Positions 1 to 8,192 of a stretch of 28,887 bases of DNA are shown here, piece after piece. The DNA is from Brevibacterium luteolum (GTDB lineage Bacteria > Actinomycetota > Actinomycetes > Actinomycetales > Brevibacteriaceae): the NCBI RefSeq assembly GCF_013004595.1, contig NZ_JABEMC010000006.1, positions 124,001-152,887 on the forward strand, written 5' to 3'. The notes under the pieces were generated by a model. It searched no databases. It saw only the letters and a list, made by a program, of their open reading frames with translations, and had not been told where the DNA came from. The position numbers and the translations under genes were made by a program. Positions within the stretch are counted from its first letter, which is position 1. Each line of letters opens with the position of its first letter.

Positions 1-339
1 ACGAAGTCAGACCCACCGGATGTTCTCGTCGCAGCGATCCGTCAGGTGATGGACGATGATGAACCTGGTGCGCTTAAGAACCTCGCCGAAACCATCTTCA
101 TCAGCGGCGATCCCATGCCAGATTCGCCAGCAGTCCCGCCGCGTCTCACTTCCGCTGAACAGAGCATCCTTGAGTACATCGCTCGGGGCATGAGCTATGC
201 AGACATTGCCGAAGAGCTCACGATCTCTCCGGCGACGGTACGGACACACGCGCAACGTCTACGTGAGAAGCTCAATGCCCATTCACTGTCACAGCTGGTC
301 TATCGGGGCCTGCAGATGAGATTCATCAGCGTCTACTGA
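1..339 (+). CDS. NarL/LuxR-family response regulator, 5'-partial (end of receiver domain plus LuxR HTH)
   Basis: Frame +1 is open from base 1 (TKSDPPDVLVAAIRQV, typical end of a receiver domain). It continues into LTSAEQSILEYIARGMSYADIAEELTISPATVRTHAQRLREKL (LuxR HTH) and stops at TGA 337-339. The true start is upstream of the window. Confidence 0.85.
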   Translation, partial: TKSDPPDVLVAAIRQVMDDDEPGALKNLAETIFISGDPMPDSPAVPPRLTSAEQSILEYIARGMSYADIAEELTISPATVRTHAQRLREKLNAHSLSQLVYRGLQMRFISVY

Positions 340-388
340 CCTGGCTATATCTCTTGCCTCTGTCCAGCTACCGGTGCTGTCGAGAGCG

Positions 389-420
389 GTGGCCCAGAGT
401 CCCCTGGGGCTCTGGGCCAC
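389..420. terminator. Hairpin between convergent genes, probable bidirectional terminator
   Basis: GTGGCCCAGAG (389-399) and CTCTGGGCCAC (410-420) are a perfect 11-bp inverted repeat, with further CCC/GGG pairing inside. It lies between the regulator stop and the glmM stop. Confidence 0.7.
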
Positions 421-449
421 GACGATGGTCTGCGAAACCGGTCAGGCGC

Positions 450-1916
450 TCACAACGCGAGTTCGCGCTTGACGACCTCTGCCAGGCGTTCGGCTTGCTG
501 CTGGGCGAAGTCGTGTGTCTCTGCTTCGACCATGACGCGGATGACCGGCTCGGTGCCAGACGCGCGCAGCAGCACGCGGCCGGTCTTGCCGAGCTCGGTC
601 TCCACTGCTTCGACCTCGGAGGCGACGGCGGGGTCGCCGGCCCGGGTCTTGTCCACGCCCTTGACGTTGATGAGCACCTGCGGCAGCCGCGGGATCTCGG
701 CAGCCAGGTCGGCAAGTGAGCGTTTCGTCTGCGCCATCCGGGCCAGCAGGTGCAGGGCGGTCTGCACGCCGTCGCCGGTGGTGCCGTAGTCGAGCATGAG
801 CACGTGACCTGACTGCTCACCGCCGAGGGCATAGCCATCGGCGAGCATACGCTCGAGCACATAGCGGTCACCGACCTTCGTCTGCACCGTCGTGATCCCA
901 GCCTGCTCCATCGCCAGATGCAGGCCGAGGTTCGACATGACCGTGGTGACGAGCGTGTCGTGGGCGAGCTTGCCTGAGTCCTTGAGGCTCAGCGCCAAGA
1001 TGCCCATGATCTGGTCGCCGTCGACCTCGCGGCCGAGTGCGTCGACGGCCAGGCAGCGGTCGGCGTCTCCGTCGAAGGCGACACCGGCATCGGCGGAGTG
1101 CTCCTTGACCGCAGCAACGAGCGAATCGATGTGGGTGGAGCCCACGCCGTCGTTGATGTTGTAGCCGTCCGGGTCAGCGGCAGTGACGATGACGCGGGCG
1201 CCGGCTTGGCGCAGCGCGGCAGGTCCGACGACCGAGGCGGCGCCGTGGGCGCAGTCGACGACGACGGTGAGTCCGGCCAGCGGCGCCCCGATGATCTCCA
1301 GGGCACCGGTGACCGGCGCGACCGGCGCATCCGGGTCGGAACCGGCAGGCTGCTGGCCCTTGAATACGCCCATGACCAACGATTCGACGTATTCGTCGGC
1401 AGCGGACGGAAAGTTGCGGATGCGGCCGACGGCGTCACCGGTCGGGCGATCCCAGTCGGTGCCGATGAGGCCCTCGATCTCGTCTTCGAGAGCGTCGGGC
1501 AGCTTCGTGCCGCCGCGGGCGAAGAATTTGATGCCGTTATCGGGCATCGGGTTATGGGAGGCGGAGAGCACGACGCCGAAGTCGGCGCCGGTGTTCTTCA
1601 CCACGTGGGCGACACCGGGGGTCGGCAGTTCCCCGACGAGCAGCACGTCGACGCCGGCGGCGGCGATGCCGGAGGCGACGGCATGGGTGAGGAACTCACC
1701 GGAGGCGCGGGTGTCGCGGCCGATGACGGCGAAGGGGCGCTGGCCGTTGGCGGCGACGCCGGCACCGGAGGGTCCGGCGACGGCGGCATGCTGGCCGTTG
1801 CTGCCGCGGCGGGCGAGCACACGGGCGCCGGCTTCGGCGATCTGCAGGGCAAGGGTGGCGGTGATGTCGGCGTTGGCGAGTCCGCGCACGCCGTCAGTGC
1901 CGAAGAGTCGTGACAT
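450..1916 (-). CDS. glmM: Phosphoglucosamine mutase
   Basis: [13 protein letters not shown]-terminus, catalytic SASHNP, metal loop DGDADR, GGEQSGH and RASGTEP motifs. Located downstream of rplM-rpsI as usual in Actinobacteria. Confidence 0.97.
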   Translation of the reverse strand: MSRLFGTDGVRGLANADITATLALQIAEAGARVLARRGSNGQHAAVAGPSGAGVAANGQRPFAVIGRDTRASGEFLTHAVASGIAAAGVDVLLVGELPTPGVAHVVKNTGADFGVVLSASHNPMPDNGIKFFARGGTKLPDALEDEIEGLIGTDWDRPTGDAVGRIRNFPSAADEYVESLVMGVFKGQQPAGSDPDAPVAPVTGALEIIGAPLAGLTVVVDCAHGAASVVGPAALRQAGARVIVTAADPDGYNINDGVGSTHIDSLVAAVKEHSADAGVAFDGDADRCLAVDALGREVDGDQIMGILALSLKDSGKLAHDTLVTTVMSNLGLHLAMEQAGITTVQTKVGDRYVLERMLADGYALGGEQSGHVLMLDYGTTGDGVQTALHLLARMAQTKRSLADLAAEIPRLPQVLINVKGVDKTRAGDPAVASEVEAVETELGKTGRVLLRASGTEPVIRVMVEAETHDFAQQQAERLAEVVKRELAL

Positions 1917-1974
1917 GGTCGTCCTTGTGGGTGATGTGACAGGTCAGAGGGCCCAGCTGGCCTGGCTGCAGACA

Positions 1975-2016
1975 CTCGAACCCCCGCACCGCGCAGGGCG
2001 GGTGCGAGGGTCCGAG
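1975..2016 (-). terminator. Hairpin downstream of rpsI
   Basis: Imperfect inverted repeat CTCGAACCCCCGCACC ... GGTGCGAGGGTCCGAG about 35 nt after the rpsI stop. No U-tract, which is common in Actinobacteria. Confidence 0.5.
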
Positions 2017-2050
2017 GTTCAGCATAGGGCCGGCACAGCGGCTGAGCGCA

Positions 2051-2560
2051 TCAGCGCTTCGAGAACTGCGGTGCCTTGCGGGCCTTCTTGAGTCCGGCCT
2101 TCTTGCGCTCCGGGACGCGGGCGTCACGGGTGAGGAAGCCGGCCTTCTTCAGTTCGGCGCGGTTGGACTCGCGGTCGATCTGGTTGAGCGAGCGGGCGAC
2201 GCCCAGGCGCACGGCGCCGGCCTGGCCGGAGGGTCCGCCGCCGGAGATCCGCACGAAGACGTCGAAGCGGCCTTCGAGGTCGAGCAGGCGCAGCGGCTCG
2301 TTGACGAGCTGCTGGTGCAGCTTGTTCGGGAAGTAGGTCTCCAGGTCGCGGCCGTTGATCGTCCACTGGCCGGAGCCGGGGACGAGGCGGACGCGGGCGA
2401 TGGCCTGCTTGCGGCGGCCGACGCCGGAGCCCGGGGCGGTCAGCGACTGTCCGCGGCCACCGGCCACGGACTCGCCCAGACCAGCCGAAGCCGGGGTCTC
2501 GGTGGAGTATTCGGTCAGTTCGACGTCGTCGACGTCAGGGGTGTTGGTGGTATCAGCCAC
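2051..2560 (-). CDS. rpsI: 30S ribosomal protein S9
   Basis: [26 protein letters not shown] and [27 protein letters not shown] motifs. GTG start preceded by GAGGAG. Acidic N-terminal extension typical of Actinobacteria. Confidence 0.98.
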   Translation of the reverse strand: MADTTNTPDVDDVELTEYSTETPASAGLGESVAGGRGQSLTAPGSGVGRRKQAIARVRLVPGSGQWTINGRDLETYFPNKLHQQLVNEPLRLLDLEGRFDVFVRISGGGPSGQAGAVRLGVARSLNQIDRESNRAELKKAGFLTRDARVPERKKAGLKKARKAPQFSKR

Positions 2561-2593
2561 GGTTCTCCTCTTAAAGTCTTGGATGCCTGGTGC

Positions 2594-3037
2594 TTACTGC
2601 GCAACCTGGCTGATCTCGAACTGCTGCGGGTTCTGGGCGGCGTGCGGATGCTCGCCACCGGCGTAGACCTTCAGCTTCTTGATCTGGGCGCGACCGAGGC
2701 GGTTCTTCGGCAGCATGCCGGCAACAGCCTTCTCGACGGCGCGCTGCGGATCCTTGGCCAGCAGCTCAGAGTAGGACGTGCTCTTGAGGCCGCCCGGGTA
2801 GCCCGAGTGGCGGTAAGCGCGCTTCTGCTCCAGCTTGGCGCCGGTGAGCGCGACCTTGTCGGCGTTGATGATGATCACGAAATCACCCGAGTCGACATTC
2901 GGTGCAAAGGTCACCTTGTGCTTGCCGCGGAGCAGGCGGGCAGCCTGCGAGGCAAGACGGCCGAGGACGACATCAGTGGCGTCGATGACGTGCCACTGGC
3001 GCTGAACATCGCCGGGCTTGGGGGTGTACGTACGCAA
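2594..3037 (-). CDS. rplM: 50S ribosomal protein L13
   Basis: [20 protein letters not shown]...LGRLAS...LRGKHK...[14 protein letters not shown] start at 3037 with AGAAGG upstream gives 147 aa. The ORF-track start at 3148 is over-extended. Confidence 0.97.
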   Translation of the reverse strand: MRTYTPKPGDVQRQWHVIDATDVVLGRLASQAARLLRGKHKVTFAPNVDSGDFVIIINADKVALTGAKLEQKRAYRHSGYPGGLKSTSYSELLAKDPQRAVEKAVAGMLPKNRLGRAQIKKLKVYAGGEHPHAAQNPQQFEISQVAQ

Positions 3038-3226
3038 AAGTAGCCTTCTTCTTCGTCTATTGAGTGAACAGCTCGATGGCCGCCATTTCCACAGGTCGTG
3101 ATCCAGGAAACGGCGTCCGGCTTGTCTGGCGCGCATACGTTCCCACACAGCTGACCCTCATCCCAGTGCCTGCAACGCGAATGAGGCTTCATGAGGAGCG
3201 TGTATAGACGTATACAACAACAGGCT

Positions 3227-3256
3227 AATCTACCGGAATCGCCTCCCCGGGCGCAA
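3227..3256 (-). promoter_or_regulatory. Putative housekeeping-sigma promoter of rplM-rpsI
   Basis: Minus strand reads TTGCGC-N18-TAGATT (3256-3251 and 3232-3227), implying a 5' UTR of about 180 nt. Confidence 0.55.
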
Positions 3257-3324
3257 ACCGGGCCTGCGCCAGCTGACAGCAGGCCTCTCAGCAGGCGCCA
3301 TGCTCCAGCCGATAAGCTGGGCGA

Positions 3325-5751
3325 GTGTCAGCCGCCTCAACTCCCGCCCGCGCGCGAGGTGCCGCTCCGGTGAGCATCCTCACGCGCTTACTCGTGTGCC
3401 TGGGTGCGATCGCAGCCCTCGTACTGCCCACCACGGCACCTGCCGCAGCCGGCCAGCCGGCCGACGCCTCGGGAGCGGAGCACCCGGTCGTCTTCATCGG
3501 GGCCTCGGGTCTGTCGCTGTCCGACATCAGCCCGGAGAGCACCCCGCATCTGTGGAAGTTCGCTGAGCGCGCCGACATGGCCAATGTCACCGTCCGCTCC
3601 GTAGTCTCGGTCACCTGCCCGGCTGCCGGCTGGCTGGCCGTCGGGTCTGGGGCGCGCATGCACGCGGTCAACATCTCCCCTCATGTCACCGGTGAGCAGG
3701 CCGCTGCCGAGGCCGACGGCACGCTGAGCAGCGAGGACGAGGAGCGGGCCGCAGAGGAGCGCCGCTCGGCGTGCCCGGACCTGCGCGCTCCAGAGGGCAC
3801 CGGTGAGGACGTCACGGTGGAGAACTTCGACCGAGTCGTGGCAGCCAATGCGCAGAACTCCTACAGTTCAGGGATCGGCCAGCTGGCTAACACCGCCCGG
3901 GAATCCCGGGTGTGCGTCGAGGCGATCGGCCCGGGGGCTGCGTGGGCGGCAGCCGATGAGACCGGCCGCATCGACACGTGGGAGCCGGCCGGCACGAAAC
4001 CGGGCAGCTCGGCTCGCGCCCAGCAGGCCGACACCGCCGGGACCGGTCTGTGCCCGCTGACCCTCATCGACGCCGGCACGATCGGTTCGGAGCGCTGGAC
4101 GGCCGACGCCCCGGCCGGGGAGCACGATGAGCAACTCACCGCGATCGACGAGCACATCGGCGAATACCTCGCAGGCCTCGATCTGAAGACGACGACCGTG
4201 CACATCGCCGGGGTCGGCGACCTCGGCAACCCCTCCCGGCTGCGCGCCCTGCTGCGCTCCACCCCTGAGGTCGCCACCGGTGATGCGTCCCCGGGGATCT
4301 TGGAGAGCTCCTCGACGCGCAAGCCGGTGCTGCAGCTGACCGACCTCACCGGATTGCTGCTCGCCGCCGCCCCCGGCATCGATTCCGAGCTCGCCCCGAA
4401 TCCCGCCCAGCTCACCCGCATCGACGCCGGTGAACCGGCCGCTGAGCGCATCGACTCACTTACCGGCGATGCGACCGCGGCAGCGACAGTGCATCGCAGC
4501 GCCCAGACCTTCTCAATCGTCGTGACGACCGCCTTTTACGTCCTCACCGTCACCGTCGGCCTGCTGCTCTTCCGCCCGCTGCAGCGCTGGTGGGCGCGCC
4601 GGGCGGGAATCGCCCAGCCGGTGCTCGCCGGGAGGATCCGCACCGGCCTCGGCTGGGCCGGCCTCATCCTCGGCACCGTGCCGATGGGCTCGTTCATCGC
4701 CGCCCTCCTGCCGTGGGAGCAGATGCCCGACCCGGTCCTCGGCCTCGGCCTGGCGATCGCGGCCGGTTCCGCGCTGCTGCTGGCCACCGGCTTCGCAGGT
4801 CCCTGGCGGCGCACCTTCGCCGGACGCGTCGCCGCGATCTGCACGGTCACCGCGGTGCTGCTCGGCGTCGACGTCGCGCTGTTCGGCTCGCAGCTGCAGT
4901 ACAACTCGCTCATGGGCTACAACGCGATCGTCGCCGGCCGGTTCTACGGCCTCGGCAACCAGGGCGCGGCTCTGTTCATCGTCGCCCTGTTCCTCGCTCT
5001 GGCCTTCGGTGCCCGGGCACTGGCGGCACGCACTGACCGGCGCGGGCCGCTGATCCTGTTCCTCGCAGGTCTCGGCGCGATCGCCGTCGGCACGCTCGGC
5101 AACCCGGTGTGGGGTGCGAAGTTCGGCGGCACCGTCGCAACGCTCTCAGGCCTCATGGTGCTCATCGCGCTCAGCCTCCGCGCCCGCCTGTCGCTTCTGC
5201 GGCTGGCTGGGATCGGGGCTGTCTCGCTCGGCGCGATCCTCGGTGTCGCTGCCCTCGACTACCTGCGCGCGCCGGCAGCCCGCTCGCACTTCGGCAACTT
5301 CTTCGCCCAGCTGCTCAGCGGTGAGGCCTTCGAGGTCATCTCCCGCAAGCTGAGCGCGAACCTCAACATCATCGTCGTCAACCCCGGCATGGCGATCATC
5401 GTGCCGTTGGCCGCCGTCGTCATCCTCATCTTCCTCGCCTACCTGCGCCGGTTCGCCGCCACCGCGGCGCTGACCCGCCGCTTCGACGGCGTGCTGCCTG
5501 CGGCCTTGGAGGATCGCTGCGTCCACGCCGGGTTCCTCGCCGTGTGCACCGGCCTGCTCGTCGGCCTCGTCATCACCGACTCCGGGGTCGCCGTACCCGG
5601 CACCGGGGCGATGATGTTCGTACCGTTCCTCCTCGCCCTCAGCGCCGATGTCCCCGCCGGCCGCACGCCCTCAACGGCGGCGACCATGCCCGAGGCGGAT
5701 TCTGGACGGCAGGAGTCGGCTGGGGCCAGCGTGGCTGGGGAGGGTCGATGA
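3325..5751 (+). CDS. Uncharacterised membrane protein, paralog A (signal peptide, extracellular alkaline-phosphatase-like domain, multi-TM C-terminal half)
   Basis: 808-aa ORF with GC-rich third positions and a hydrophobic N-terminus. Motifs VVFIGASGLS, TPHLW and TCPAAGWLAVGSG, then many TM segments with GRFYGLGN, GAKFGG, RSHFG, RKLSAN and TDSG. GTG 3325 lies 6 nt after TAAGCT (leaderless pattern); GTG 3370 is an alternative start. Confidence 0.8.
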   Translation: MSAASTPARARGAAPVSILTRLLVCLGAIAALVLPTTAPAAAGQPADASGAEHPVVFIGASGLSLSDISPESTPHLWKFAERADMANVTVRSVVSVTCPAAGWLAVGSGARMHAVNISPHVTGEQAAAEADGTLSSEDEERAAEERRSACPDLRAPEGTGEDVTVENFDRVVAANAQNSYSSGIGQLANTARESRVCVEAIGPGAAWAAADETGRIDTWEPAGTKPGSSARAQQADTAGTGLCPLTLIDAGTIGSERWTADAPAGEHDEQLTAIDEHIGEYLAGLDLKTTTVHIAGVGDLGNPSRLRALLRSTPEVATGDASPGILESSSTRKPVLQLTDLTGLLLAAAPGIDSELAPNPAQLTRIDAGEPAAERIDSLTGDATAAATVHRSAQTFSIVVTTAFYVLTVTVGLLLFRPLQRWWARRAGIAQPVLAGRIRTGLGWAGLILGTVPMGSFIAALLPWEQMPDPVLGLGLAIAAGSALLLATGFAGPWRRTFAGRVAAICTVTAVLLGVDVALFGSQLQYNSLMGYNAIVAGRFYGLGNQGAALFIVALFLALAFGARALAARTDRRGPLILFLAGLGAIAVGTLGNPVWGAKFGGTVATLSGLMVLIALSLRARLSLLRLAGIGAVSLGAILGVAALDYLRAPAARSHFGNFFAQLLSGEAFEVISRKLSANLNIIVVNPGMAIIVPLAAVVILIFLAYLRRFAATAALTRRFDGVLPAALEDRCVHAGFLAVCTGLLVGLVITDSGVAVPGTGAMMFVPFLLALSADVPAGRTPSTAATMPEADSGRQESAGASVAGEGR

Positions 5752-7937
5752 CCCGTCTGCGCCCAGCCCTTCTGGCGGTGCTCACCGCCGTGCTCATCGC
5801 AGCCCTCGGACTCGCCGGCCCGCTTGCCGCCGCCGCGCAGACCCAAGGCGCCGGAGCGCCGGGTGCGCAGGTGCCGGGCGCCCAGGCACAGGGTGCTCTG
5901 GCGCAGCCGGCCCCGGCTGCCGGTCAGCCGCAGTCCCAGCCGGTCATCTTCGTCGGTGTCTCCGGCCTCGAGCACGAGGACCTCGATCGATGGCGGACCC
6001 CGCACCTGTGGTCACTGGTGGAGAACGGATCGATCGGCACGATGACCCCGCGGTCGGTGCGCTCGACGAGCTGCCCGGCCGACGGCTGGCTGGCGGTCAG
6101 CTCCGGGCGGCGTGCTGCCGATGAATCTGCCGCCCAGTGCCGGGCGCTGCAGCCGCCGCTGTCAGGCTGGACCGCTGACTGGGACGTCTACCAGGAGAAG
6201 GTCGCCCACGACCGCTATGACGCCGACCTCGGTGCGCTGGCCGCAGCCGTCCCCGATCTCCATGCGATCGGACCCGGAGCGGCGATCGCCGCAGCCGAAT
6301 CCGATGGCCGGGTGCGCTCCTACGAGAGCCTCGACGCCGACCTCGGCGACCAGGTGCGCACAGCAGCCGAGCACCATCCGCTCGTGCTCATCGACCTGGG
6401 CAATGTCCGCACCCCCGGCTACTCGATCACCGAACTCGACGACCACCTCGGCGACATCCTCTCCGTCTACGAGGAACAAGCCGCCGGCAGCACCGGTACC
6501 GCGCAGCCGATGCTCATGGTCGCCTCGATCGCCGACGGCTGGACTGAATCCTCCAGCATGCAGTTCGCTGCGATCCAGCGGCCCGGTGAGCAGCCGGGCA
6601 TCCTCACCTCCCCGTCGACCAAGCAGCCGGGCCTCATACAGACCACCGACATCATGCCCACCCTCGTGCGCGCGACCGGCGCGCAGACGGATGCGAACCT
6701 CGCCGGCGCCCCGGTCACCACCGCCTCGGCGCCGCCCAGTGCTGGGGATCGCTACCAGCTCATGCTCGACCGGCAGGTCGCCGTCGCCACGCAGGCGGCG
6801 ATGTCGGTGTGGTTCTATCCCGTCTTCGCCGGGCTCATGGCCGCACTGCTCGCGGTTGCCGCGCTCGTCGGTCGGCGCGCCTGGCCGCGGGTCATCAACC
6901 CGCTGCGCGTCGGCGGGCTGTTCTTCGCCGCGATCCCGGTCTCGACCTACCTCGTCAACGTCATCCCGTGGGAGCGTTCGACGAGCCCGGATGTTGCGAT
7001 GCTCGCAGCCTTGGCCGGGTGGGCTCTGGCGCTGACGCTGGCCGGGCTGCTCGGGCCGTGGAAGCGCTTCACGCTCGGCCCGCTCACCTTCGTCGCCGTC
7101 GCCACCGTGCTCATCCTCGCCGGTGATGTCATCACCGGTTCGCACCTGCAGATGTCGACGCTGCTCGGGGAGCCGCTGCTCATCGCCTCCCGGTTCTACG
7201 GCATCGGCAACTCAGCTCTCGCGCTGTTCCTCACCGCGCTCGTCTTCGCGCTCATCACCGCCTGCTCGCTCATCGCCAACCGCTGGGTGCGGCTGAGCGT
7301 CGTCCTCGTGACGATGGTGCTCGCCTGCCTGCTGCTGGCCACCCCCGGACTCGGCACGAAGTTCGGCTCCGTGCCGGCGCTCGTCGTCGGCCTGGGCGTG
7401 CTGGCGCTGGCGGCTGCCGAGATCCGGGCCTCGATCAAGCGGCTGGCGCTCATCGTCGGCACGACGGCCGGCATCATGATCGCCGTTCTCGTCATCGACT
7501 GGCTGCGCCCGGCCGATGACCGCACCCATTTCGGCCGGTTCTTCGCCTCGATCATCAGCGGTGAGGCCGGCGCGGTGCTCATGCGCAAGATCGGCATGAA
7601 CATCGACATCCTCACCCAATCGTGGATGACGCTGCTGCTGCCGCTCATCATCGCTGCGGTGTTCTGGGCGGCGATCGCTCCGGGCCGGTTCCGCATCCCG
7701 GCGCTGCCCCGGCTCTACGCCCGGTTCCCGCATCTGCGCATGGGCATGATCTCCTTGGCGGTGCTGCTCGGCGTCGGTGCCGTCGTCAACGACTCCGGCA
7801 TCATCGTCCCGGCTGTTGGGCTGCTGTTCCTCATTCCGGCACTCGCCCATCTCGTCGGACGGCAGGCAGCCGAATGCCAGCTCGCAGACCGCGCCTCGCA
7901 CCCGGTGGCCGCAGCACCGGAGACGCCGCGGCGGTGA
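5748..7937 (+). CDS. Uncharacterised membrane protein, paralog B (same architecture as 3325..5751)
   Basis: ATG 5748 overlaps the upstream TGA (ATGA) and follows GGAGGG. Signal-like MTRLRPALLAVLTAVLIAALG, then VIFVGVSGL, TPHLW, SCPADGWLAVSSG, RFYGIGN, GTKFGS, RTHFG, RKIGMN and NDSG. The ORF-track start at 5544 is over-extended. Confidence 0.8.
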   Translation: MTRLRPALLAVLTAVLIAALGLAGPLAAAAQTQGAGAPGAQVPGAQAQGALAQPAPAAGQPQSQPVIFVGVSGLEHEDLDRWRTPHLWSLVENGSIGTMTPRSVRSTSCPADGWLAVSSGRRAADESAAQCRALQPPLSGWTADWDVYQEKVAHDRYDADLGALAAAVPDLHAIGPGAAIAAAESDGRVRSYESLDADLGDQVRTAAEHHPLVLIDLGNVRTPGYSITELDDHLGDILSVYEEQAAGSTGTAQPMLMVASIADGWTESSSMQFAAIQRPGEQPGILTSPSTKQPGLIQTTDIMPTLVRATGAQTDANLAGAPVTTASAPPSAGDRYQLMLDRQVAVATQAAMSVWFYPVFAGLMAALLAVAALVGRRAWPRVINPLRVGGLFFAAIPVSTYLVNVIPWERSTSPDVAMLAALAGWALALTLAGLLGPWKRFTLGPLTFVAVATVLILAGDVITGSHLQMSTLLGEPLLIASRFYGIGNSALALFLTALVFALITACSLIANRWVRLSVVLVTMVLACLLLATPGLGTKFGSVPALVVGLGVLALAAAEIRASIKRLALIVGTTAGIMIAVLVIDWLRPADDRTHFGRFFASIISGEAGAVLMRKIGMNIDILTQSWMTLLLPLIIAAVFWAAIAPGRFRIPALPRLYARFPHLRMGMISLAVLLGVGAVVNDSGIIVPAVGLLFLIPALAHLVGRQAAECQLADRASHPVAAAPETPRR

Positions 7938-8010
7938 CGCCGGCCCAGCAGGCTGCTGCGGTGACGCCGGCGCAGCAGGCTGCTGCGGTGAGGCCGGCGC
8001 AGCAGGCTGC
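7931..8010. repeat. 27-bp tandem repeat, about 3 copies
   Basis: GCGGTGACGCCGGC(C/G)CAGCAGGCTGCT at 7931-7957 and 7958-7984, and a near copy at 7985-8010. The first copy contains the TGA stop of paralog B. Confidence 0.9.
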
Positions 8011-8088
8011 GGCCCGTCACGCTGGTTCCACCAGACGCGGCCAGGCGCTCACGCCGCTGCCTCTCCGCTCCCCTGGACTGCTGACGCG

Positions 8089-8141
8089 ATCGGCCCGCCT
8101 GCCGGTTCCCGGGGATTCCGGGTTCCGGCAGGCGGGCCGAT
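8089..8141. terminator. Long hairpin between convergent genes, probable bidirectional terminator
   Basis: ATCGGCCCGCCTGCCGG (8089-8105) and CCGGCAGGCGGGCCGAT (8125-8141) form a perfect 17-bp stem, plus an inner CCCGG/CCGGG stem. Confidence 0.75.
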
Positions 8142-8192
8142 GCTGGTGGCCGCAGCCGATCAGCGGTTCAGCTGACCGGTCTCACCTTCTGC

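Noticed and set aside
7931..8010. 27-bp repeats as a CRISPR array
   Set aside because: The units are directly adjacent with no spacers, and no cas genes are present.
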